NCBI GenBank assembly: GCA_040954595.2
Contig: CM082585.2
Coordinates: 3,688,902 to 3,752,901 of the forward strand
Direction: 5' to 3'
DNA length: 64,000 nucleotides
From: Balanoglossus misakiensis
Lineage: Eukaryota; Animalia; Hemichordata
Part shown: positions 12,895 to 23,400 of the stretch, piece by piece
Position numbering within the stretch: position 1 is the first letter of the stretch
Layout of the letters: each line of letters begins with the position of its first letter
Made by a program: the position numbers and the translations under genes
The notes under the pieces: model-generated
What the model was told of the DNA's origin: nothing
The model's database searches: none
What the model saw: only the letters and a program-made list of their open reading frames with translations

Positions 12895-14547
12895 TTAATG
12901 TAAATGATTCATGAGTTGCTGTCTTCTGGCAATACCCCCAGGTGCATTCACATGAACATTTGGATATTGGTTTGGATCATCAATATGCTGTGGATCTAAA
13001 TCAATATAGTTTTCCACATCATCATGATGGATAATACGTAGATTGTGAAGAATACAGCCAGAAATTATAGTCTCACACACATCTTCAGGACTATGCATAG
13101 GCAATTCTCTGAGCCTCCTAACACGACCCTTTAAATGCCCAATTGATCGTTCAACATTTTGACGGCAGGATGAAAAGACGCGATTGAACCTGCGCTGCTG
13201 AATGGTTAAAAATCCATTGTCTCTGAAGGGAGTGATAAGCCATTCTCTCAAAGGGTATGCAGAATCACCAATGATGTATCTCCCAGGACCCATAGTTACT
13301 TCATTAGTCTCCAGTCTTGTGTACAGGGAAGAATTTCGAAGGACACGGGCATCGTGTGTACAACCAGGCCATCCAGTGTATGCATTGGTGATTAATAGAT
13401 TATCATCAACAATGACCTGAAAAAAAGGACACTTTTTGTCAAGAATCTCCTACATTTATGTAACTTGATAAAATTCTCAATGGCAGAGACTAACCAACAT
13501 TTCAACAGGTTTTATTTTTTAAATTCAAGAATGACACATGTCATGATGGAAGATATAAATTTTTCTCTATAAAATTAAAAATGAATTTTCTTACCTGAAG
13601 TTGCATGGATGGATAACCTTTCCTATTTATATAGTCTTGAGCTCCACCAATACAACCAGCCAGTCTAATGTGAGTGCCATCAATAATGCCCACTATACCT
13701 GGTAAACCACAATCAAGCTGAAAACTCTGTGAAATCTCCCTCTGTCGCTCTTGTGTTGGCCACCTGATAACCTACAAATATTGATGTCATTTTTCAACAT
13801 TAATTTTTACACATACCTGCAATTATGACAAACATAATATTGGACATTTCAGCTTGCTATACAGAGTGCAGTAGAAAAAAAAAATGTTGACACAGAGAAC
13901 CATAATACTAAAAGAAAATGCTAAAGGATAATTTTTAACTGTCCCCTTTAATATGTTCTTTGATAGCAATAATTAAACAGAGCTTGAAATTATGCATTAC
14001 CAACTGTATATTATTGAAATGTTAAAATATATTTGTATTCAAAAATAATCCATGAAGATAATCTAGAAAATGTACTTTACAATGTACTTACATCTTTCAT
14101 CACAGCAATGATAGCTTTTGTGACACGCTTTACTGTTGAATGGACTGTGGATTTGGAGAGATTGAAAATGTGACCAACTTCTCTGATGGATTCCTGGTTT
14201 ACCATGTACCAAATCCATACCAATAATTGTTTTTCTGGAGGCACTTGAGGGCGGCCACCGCATTGTTCTATTGCCAGTTTGTGGGCGATGCGACCCAGAA
14301 CAAACGTGAAGATATCTTTGCAAATACGGAAATGGATGCAAAAATCCTGCAAAGAATACTGAGGTACGATATCTTCGGCAAAATTTTGTATCTTCGGGAC
14401 GTATTTTCGGCGCAAAAATAAACAGCTCAGAGAGGCAATGATGGCAGTATTTATTCGGAGTTGCCAAACTGCCGCAGAATCTAAAGATTCATCAAAATCC
14501 TCAAAAAAAGTACGCAAAAACAAGAAATCTTCGAACTCAGTCGCCAT
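12895..14547 (-). CDS. PIF/Harbinger transposase, second copy, exons 14547-14092, 13771-13595, 13416-12895
   Basis: The ORF-track translations are identical to the left-arm copy. Confidence 0.92.
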
Positions 14548-14732
14548 ATTTGTTTACATGGGTTGCTACGCTAGTATCGTTCTTTTGAAATCTCCCGGGT
14601 TACGCTTATGCGCATGCGAACTAGAATGGGATGACGTCAGCGGCAGCTACTCGGGTCGCTACTCGGGTCACAATCGAACTTGGTGATGGGTGATAGGCCT
14701 CCTTCGCCTCTCATCACCTCCTCCCAACATCA

Positions 14733-15208
14733 CCTCCTCCGCCTCCTCCTCCTCCGCCTCCTCCTCCTCCTCCTCCTCCTCCTCATCCTCCTCATCCTCC
14801 TCTTCCTCCGCATCCTCCTCAGCTCCTCCTCAGCTCCTCCTCCTCCTCAGCTCCTCCTCCTCCTCAGCTCCTCCTCCTCCTCCTCCTCCTCAGCTCCTCC
14901 TCCTCAGCTCCTCCTCCTCCTCCTCCTCCGCCTCCTCCTCAGCTCCTCCTCCTCCGCCTCCTCCTCAGCTCCTCCTCCTCAGCTCCTCCTCAGCTCCTCC
15001 TCAGCTCCTCCTCAGCTCCTCCGCCTCCTCCTCAGCTCCTCCTCCTCAGCTCCTCCTCAGCTCCTCCTCAGCTCCTCCGCCTCCTCCTCAGCTCCTCCTC
15101 CTCAGCTCCTCCTCCTCAGCTCCTCCTCAGCTCCTCCTCAGCTCCTCCGCCTCCTCCTCAGCTCCTCCTCCTCAGCTCCTCCTCAGCTCCTCCTCAGCTC
15201 CTCCTCCC
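14733..15208. repeat. Subterminal (CTC)n tract, right arm, ~156 bp shorter than the left copy
   Basis: Mirror of 1232-1862. Confidence 0.95.
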
Positions 15209-15249
15209 CAAATGAGAGTGCTACGGCTCCAACCTATACTACTATTTTT

Positions 15250-15800
15250 TTACAATATTTTTGTGCAAAATCGCTCTATTCGTCCACTTTGTGAAAGTAC
15301 ATGGAATCATCGCTTGACTATGAGTACTTCATTACAGTGGAGAACTATATGGGTTAACCAAACGACTGGATTGCGTTGTGATTGAAAACTTGCTGAATTT
15401 AACTTCAAGATTATGCATAACATTTTGCCATGCGGCATCAATCTTTTAAGACGGAATATTAGTAAAAATGATCAATGTTGTCTTTGTAATGTAACTGATT
15501 CTTATGAGCATCTATTTTTAAAAATTCAACGTTTGGGGGATTTTTGGCAGCGTATTTCTACTTTGCTCAGCAAACTTGGCATATGTCATTGGGTGAATTT
15601 AGAAACTGTTATTCTTGGTTACAAAACTATGTAAAGTCATCCTCTTTATAGTTTTGTAAACATTGTCATTACTATTGCAAAGAATTGTGAATCAGCTTCA
15701 TGGGTCCATTTACAACATAGGAAAACCAATTTCGATATATTTTACAGATATCTACAATTTATGTAACAACTACTCAATACTATTTTTTTATCAAAACACG
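15250..15800 (+). pseudogene. L1/Tx1-like ORF2 C-terminal fragment (zf-RVT-like region), continuing 566-1196
   Basis: YNIFVQNRSIRPLCESTW...QWRTIW...*KLAEFNFKIMHNILPCGINL...QCCLCNVTDSYEHLF...FWQRI, with stops and frameshifts. Confidence 0.8.
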
Positions 15801-15939
15801 ATATATCTATATGATACATGTAACATTAACTTATATTAAATGAATGCATAACATTTGTTAAAAAACAAAATCTTGCAAACTACAACAATATCTTTTAACG
15901 AAATGTTAATATGTTGAACATTTGGAATATATCGCACAT

Positions 15940-16485
15940 CGCAACAGAGTAAAAATATAGTACGGAACATATTACACCACTACTGAAGAGATTGCACTGG
16001 CTTCCTATACAGAAACGAATTTATTTTAAAATCATTTGTTTAACCTACAAAGTTTTAAATAATATGGCTCCGCAGTACCTGAAGGAGGTCATATTGTATT
16101 CGTTCTTCTGTCCGTAACCTTCGTTCTACCACTGATTGTTCTTTTATTCTGGATCATCCCAAAGTTAACACAGTCTTTTATGGTGACAGGTCATTCTCTA
16201 CAGGAGCACCACGGTTGTGGAATAAGCTACCGGTTCCACTCCGTAGCAGTGAGAATTTTAATGTTTTTAAATCCAACCTTAAACCGTTTTTATTCAGGGA
16301 ATGACTTTTTATCCCAATTTTAACTATTGTCTATTTTATTATACATTTTTAGCATTTTATTTGTCTTTGTATTTTTAAGCAGCTATGTACAGCGCGTTGG
16401 GATGTCATTTTACTTGGAAAGCGTTTTTTTAATAATTAAATACTATTATTGTTATTATTAAATACTATTATTATTATTATTTTAT
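15940..16485 (+). mobile_element. 3' end of an L2/CR1-group LINE with an (ATT)n tail
   Basis: EHITPLLKRLHWLPIQKRIYFKIICLTYKVLNNMAPQYL and YGDRSFSTGAPRLWNKLP, followed by an AAATACTATTATTATT tail. Confidence 0.8.
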
Positions 16486-17483
16486 TTTGCAAAACTGTCT
16501 ATGATCATACATGTATAGAGGTCAAGAACCTTTATGTAAGTCGGAAGTTTGGATGTTAACAGTTAAGAGTGATCTAGGTGATGAAACAAATGTTATTTTG
16601 AAAAGCTGATTACTTCACAAATAGCAGGACCTGGAAATGTCAATCAACTAATGAACTTTATAATTTTATGAAGTACACTTGTATTATTTTGAATTAAGTA
16701 CTAGGCGGTGGTGTTTATGTATGATGGTTGCCAGTCCTTGTATTTAATCACCATGGTTTAGTCGTGATCTCGATAGTGATAATTTTTCTAATTTTTTTCT
16801 TCTACGATTTACGCCAATGAATGACAGCCAATCCGAGGAATACGTGGTTGTGTTATAATTTGTAATTGAACAATCAAGAATGAGCTGATGTATTGTAAGT
16901 TTATAATTGAACAATACTGATCACGCTATGATGAATCTTTAATTTCTTTTTATTCTGAAAGGGTTATAAGCTCTGTAAATTCTTGTTCTAAGGAAGGCCA
17001 CGACAGTGCAGTGACAACTTCGTGTTGCAACGCCTCTCCAATAGCAATAAAAGTCTTTATAGGACTTCCACTACTCGGTGTCTCAGCGTGTCTCTACTTT
17101 GGTAGATCCCATCCCACCTCTTTGCACCAGCAAAGTCAGAATAAAGTCCCAGCCAAACCAGCAGTAGGCCTAACACGGTATACATAACGTAAAGCTGTAA
17201 CAATGATCAGATTGCGACTTAGCTCTGCGTACAGGTCTGTGTGTTCCCGTTGTTACACGGCCTCCACCACAAAGACCTGCACGCAGCTGAGATACAAATG
17301 TTATTGCGACTGTGCATTCTCCAAACATACTACTATACTAGCGTGGGCAATTTTAATATAGCTAGAGAGTCTGACCAGGGTCTGCTGCGGTCAGACTCCT
17401 TAGGTTACATGTGCGTGCGTCGGCCTTGTGCATGTAATGTTTTGATCCTGTGACCATGACGTCATACTTTAGCGCTTGACAAA

Positions 17484-20400
17484 ATGGCGGCGGAGATACG
17501 CGAGAAACCTGGGCCTCGAAGGCCCGTCCTGACAAACAAGCTGGAGGGCTGTAACGACACTGTTAATAAGGCTGTAATTTTACCTAAAGAAGACGGAATA
17601 ATCAGTGTTAGCGATGATAGGTAAGTATTTTGATGGGATAATTTAAAAATGCCACTGTGACTTTCTTTCTTTAGGTTACCTGAGCACGCGAAAGGGAAAT
17701 GCACAACCCTATGTAGTTATCAACAATGCTACAGTTCTTATATTACTGAATCATGTGTTCTCAGTTGTAGCCCAGAATTGATGAGTGTATATGTCGTAAG
17801 ATTATACCTATTATACCACAAACATTTGTATTGTCCTAAACAAAAGATCGCATAGTTGATAACACATATAACGTCTCTAGTCGAGTCGGGATTTCCTGTC
17901 TGACGTGGTAAAGCTAAAGGGGCGGGTACAACTGTCCAAATCAGCAATATGCGGTTGATGGAAATTCGTAGAATGTGGCGACGAGTTTACCCCAGTTACG
18001 TATTGGCACGTTTCCACGGTGATGTAAATATTGCTAGTACCACACCGCCACGTCCATGGTGGTACTGGTAGTGGTAGTACAACTCACAGGCGCAGCTGAC
18101 TACAGCTACTACAGTTGTGGTTGTCAAAGCCCCTCCAACGAGGGCGTCATCAGCATTGGCATTGTACTATCACTCCTGTGTCATGGGTGAACAACAGTCA
18201 CTCCTCTGTCAGTGTTGAAAACTGGAAAAAACATTTGCCAGACATCTCTCACTGCCCTTTTCCCATTATGTTTGATACAAGAGACGGTTTATGTTAATGT
18301 ACTTTCATGTGTATATGTAGTGAATGAACGTTCAACCACACACAACTTCCATCCGACATGAGAGTAAAAATCTCGCCAAAATGAATAAACGGTAAACACC
18401 GATTATTCATTTTGGCGAGTTTTTCGCTTTGGTGTCTACAAGTGGGATGTGGCTGTCAAGAAGTCAGTGGTCCTTGAGAGAGTGTAATCTTCTCGACCTC
18501 CTAACATATTACTGTTAGTGTTACTGATCAAGATACAAGCTTGACATATTTCCTAACAAATCCCCTGCCTTAACGCTAATTGTTTTATTATAATATTATT
18601 TCAGAACAATTCGAGTGTGGTTGAAGAGAGACAGTGGCCAGTATTGGCCGAGTATATGTCACAGCATGCCAGGTGAGTTTTAGTATGCTTAGTAGTGAAA
18701 TATTCTTCTCAGCAATTCAAGTCGGGATGTAGAAAATACTTAATGGAGAATACGGAAATAAATAAAATAGACTGAACGTTTGTTTCCCTTTAACACCACT
18801 GCAGTGTTCTCTCCAGGTTTTTTTTTTGACAAGAGGGTGTAGATAGTCGTATTACCGATTATCATTTTTCCCAGCGAGCTTTGCGCGTCAGGGATATAGT
18901 TTACTTCCGGTTTATATTCAGATTTTCGCGGGTCACTGAGAACAGCTGTCACAACAAACACAATGGGTCAATACGACTTCTGTTGCGTGCCCCAGTGCCC
19001 TCGAAAACGAAAAAGGGATGGCGGAGAGTATTATTCATTTCCCTGTACCCCATTATCGAGACGAAATGCGTGGATACGCGCTGTCAACAGAGAATTACCC
19101 GGGAGCAAAAAGCGTTGGCAGCCAAGCAAGTGGTCGAAAGTGTGTAATATTCACTTCGTTAATTACAAGAAATCTGACGACCCGGGGTCCGAATCGTACA
19201 TCCCAACGGTATTTCCATGGAAGGAAATGACGAAAAGTCGCCGCGTTCTGATTCGAAGGAACAACAAAAGCGTGGATAAGAAGTTAAAAAAACGTGAAAC
19301 CGTAAGTACCGCTTTTAAAATTGCTGGTGTCAACATTTTTTTATAGTCCCACACCGCCGCAGCGTACAGCTTTTGTATGGCTTCTATTTTGCAAAATAAC
19401 CGAAACCACAGTTCCTCTCTGCCAATACAAACGTAACATTGATTGGTGTTACTGTTTAAATAAGCATCTAAAAGATACTTTTCCGCGAATTTCATTTTTT
19501 TGAAATTATATTTTCCCGCCAATTTTTGTCTTCGGTGCTTAAATTTATCAATGTGGTAACAATTCATTTACTATTTAACTGTGAATGTTGAACCATGTTT
19601 ATTTTTTTACTACCTCTGAAACGTTAAAACATACTTTATAATTTACAGGGTGAGTCCAGTAGGGAAAGTACAGCAGTCAGTGATGATGAGCTGCAAAATT
19701 CTTCAATTGTAAATAAGGTAAATTTTTGCAATTTAATTTATAATTTAAATGGGGGGGGGGGGGTTTCGTTTGAAGCTTGATGTTCCCAAACTTAACCTAA
19801 AGTAAATAGATGTCAACAAATTATTGTTGTATGTTGGGTTGAAGCTTGGTGTTCCCAAACTTGACCTGCAGTACAGATGTCAACAAATTATTGTTGTATA
19901 ATTTTCAATGTTTGTACCCCCTGCAATTGTTTTACACAATCTAATACTGGTTTTGTTTTAAGTAACATTAATTTATTTTTTTAATAGTTGGACTAACTTA
20001 CCTTATTCAATGTACTACTATAATAAAATATGGGAATTCAACCATATCATGTTTTATTCTTTCTGTATTTCAGATGCCTATTGCGTTACGTGAGCACGAT
20101 TATGTGAAATCATCAATTGATATGAAATCCGTGGAATCTATGCAAACTATCAAAGATAAGCATCCTGATCTGTATGCAGAGTTTGAACGTTTGAAAGATG
20201 AAAATACCAGTCTATCTCAACAACTGGATGAAACTAAAGAGAAACTCTTGAGTATTGACACCATTGTTAATAATGACAAAGAGACTGTTTATTGGACTGG
20301 ATTTGCAAATTACGCTGTATTTAAATCGGTTTATGACTATTTAGAACCAAAGGCAGAGCGTTTACAATATTGGCGTGGTGAGAAAGACACACATTTTAGT

Positions 20401-23400
20401 CATTACCACAAATCCTCGAGTCACAAGAAACCAGGACCAAGTCGAAAGTTATATTTATTAGAGGAGTTCTTTTTAATTTTAGTTAAATTGAAAACTGGTC
20501 TTCAAATTCATGATTTAGCTAAGCGTTTTGGGGTAGGGGAGGGAACAATATCTCGAATTTGCAACACCTGGATTCCATTTTTAAGCCGAGAGTTTTCTAT
20601 AATTTTTACTATGCCCACTAATGAAGAGTTGATAGACAGCCGTTGTAGGGCATTCTCCAAGTATCCTCATACCAGAGTTGTGATTGATTGCACTGAAGTT
20701 TTTTCTGAAACTCCTTCTGCAATACATGCAAAACAACAGGTGTGGAGTGACTACAAACATCATGATACGTTTAAATTTCTTGTCGGTATAGGACCAAATG
20801 GGGCTATTAATTATGTTTCTGATATGTGGGGAGGGAGGGCTTCGGACAAATGCATTACTAAACGCAGTGATTTTTTGAATTATTTACAAGTAGGTGATGA
20901 TGTGATGGCAGATAGAGGTTTTGATTTAGAAGTAGAATTAGCCACTGTTGGCGCATCACTTAATATTCCTGTCTTTAAGGGTGACCGTGCACAAATGCAC
21001 CCAGAAGAACTTGAAAAATCAAGACGAATATCGGAAGCACGCATCCACATTGAACGGGCTATCAGCAGGATAAAGAATTTTCACATCTTTGACAGTGAAA
21101 TTAAACTCACCATGAAGGATACAGCTAAACATATATTTATTGTTTGTGCCTTTCTTGTTAATTTCCAATCTCCTTTTCTCAAAGATTAATTACATGAGTT
21201 TACAGTTTACATGTAGTATTTTCATTGTGTATCTTACCATGTCAAACATAGTCCTTATCCTATTCACATAATTTTAAAGTTATTTTCTTGAAATGAATAT
21301 GCATTTTCTCTGTTATATGAACAGACATGCAATTAATGAATTCTTATGTTCATAATAACATTTAAGGTGAATTCAGTTAAGATATGCAATTTTCATTGGT
21401 CACAAGTACATGCAACTGTTAATAGGAAAGTGACTGGATGTATGAGTGGAAAGCACATAACTCAAACTGTAAACTCTGAAATTGTAAACTATTATAAATT
21501 GAAGCTTCACAACACCAACAGTTATTTTTTATATTTTTTTATTATCCAGGTAGTAACTAACATGGATTTAAAATTAAAATGTATGTACAGAAATATTATT
21601 CTCATTTTATACCAACAAATTACACATCAACAATCTTGGTATGCTCCATGGAAACATTTTCACATATTGAAGTTGAGCTTATATGGTATTGTAAAATATA
21701 ATTGTATCAGAATACAGTATGGTCTCACCATGTCAAATAAATACAAGTTTTTATTGACAACTCGATTTGCTATTGTGTATTCATTTATGTTAAAAAATAT
21801 TGCATTTTTGTATTAGCTCTATTATCAGCGCATGCGTTTACAGCCAAAATAAACTTATTTTTTTGATCCAGAGTACAATAAGTTTTGTTGAAATGTGCTT
21901 CTAATAGATATGTGCTTCCAATAGAGCAAAACATTGTAATTACTGAGGCACGACTTTATTTTCTCTATTAGAAGGCATGTACCTAAATTTCTCTAGACTT
22001 TCTAGTGATCTAAATTTCATCATAAAGGCATTTAAATTGAAAATGCACATCACTGTTTTAGAGCAAATATGGTAAATGGTTATACGCAACAGTGTTTTAC
22101 AATAGTTTACGCTACTGCCCAGGGTGATGCATAAAAATACACCAAAATTTGGAGAAAGGGTATAGCTAATTATGGAGTGCCCTTGAAATTTTTGTTTGAA
22201 TTACATGAGAAAAGGTACATAAAAGGCCTACTTAAATTAAACAAAACGTGCTACGGTCCAATTAGCAGAGCTGTGCCACCCTAAGCTCCTATTTTTTTTG
22301 GGTGGAGTATACAATTTTTGTCATAGAATAACCATGCTCCATTTTCAAATTGTGCTATTAGATTCAGTTATGAAACATGAAAGATGTTTTTTCATAAGAT
22401 GTGTTCTAATTTCATCTAATTTTGTGCTTGTGAAGTCAAGGATGATTGTATTATGACAACTGTTGTACTCACTTAGACCCCCAGGATTTTATTCCATGGT
22501 TAAACCCCTGAATAACAGCTAAGCATTGATGCCCTAGTTTTTGCAACTTGAATGTAGGCAATGTCTTTTGTAGCAGCCTAATACAGTACTAGTAAACACT
22601 TGGGCGTGAATAAGCAGCAAGTTGAATTTTTGTGAACAAAATTAAGTGAGCAAAATTGTGCAAATTAAGCATTTTGCTAACCAAATCAGATAAGCAATCC
22701 AGGTTGTAAACAGTGAGCAAAATTTCTCTTGAAACAGATTAAAGGTTGACCAGTTCAAATTTGAGTTTTTTCACATAAAATACATGATCTTGAGTAGTTT
22801 ATTTTACATTTTCTTTTTCATTACAACGACACATGTATTTCCAGGTTACACAAAAACACCCAATATTAAGGCCCTCTTCTGTTTCATTAGTTAATTTTGC
22901 TCGCCATGTCTAATAAGCATTTCTTATCTGTTTTGGTTAGCAACATTTTACTTACTTGCACATTTCTGATCACCAAATTTAGCTCAACATAATTTAGCTA
23001 ACTGAATTTTGCTCAACATTTACCTACCCTCTAAACACTTAAATCACTGGTATTCTGCTCAATACTTATACTTGTAAATTGAATTAGGGTAAAGTTGCTT
23101 ACCCCTCTTCACTCTTTCAGTAAATAGTTCAGGAACAACACCGTTCACAAAGAAATCCTGAACTTTACTACACATAACTGAATAGAAAGCAGAATCAAAG
23201 TTAACTCGTTCAACATGTATTTGATAACCATCATCACCTAGATCATCATCTATTAATACTACCACACAAAAGTCACACCATGTACGCTTGGTTATACCCA
23301 TAGCAGCTTGAATTTGATAGTAATATTCATGCTTCTGATTCATACTAAGTAGCGATTTATCAATATCATGAACCAGGTAAAATGACTTCCCCCTATTCCT

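Larger units (their letters stand above)
1197..15243. mobile_element. 14-kb foldback element with giant terminal inverted repeats (arms 1197-7941 and 8702-15243), Polinton/Maverick-type ends and a 6-bp TSD
   Basis: Starts AGTAGTATAGGTTGGAGCCGTAGCACTCTCATTTGGGG and ends with the exact reverse complement. ATTTTT lies at 1191-1196 and 15244-15249. ORFs are mirrored in both arms (2049+ / 14547-; 5302- / 11294+). The Polinton assignment is inferred from the termini and TSD only. Confidence 0.85.

Noticed and set aside
1197-15243. Palindrome as a pure assembly or fold-back read artefact
   Set aside because: The flanks are not mirrored, a TSD is present, the LINE frame continues across the site, and the arms differ by indels and substitutions. 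Long-read confirmation is still needed.
1195-15245. Whole element as a conventional Harbinger with a 3-bp TWA TSD
   Set aside because: No TAA/TTA duplication fits the ends (TTA left, TAT right). TA or TTTT readings are possible but shorter than the 6-bp ATTTTT.
21346-21816. 156-aa ORF inside the ISL2EU element as a third gene
   Set aside because: AT-rich region just downstream of the transposase stop with no recognisable motif.
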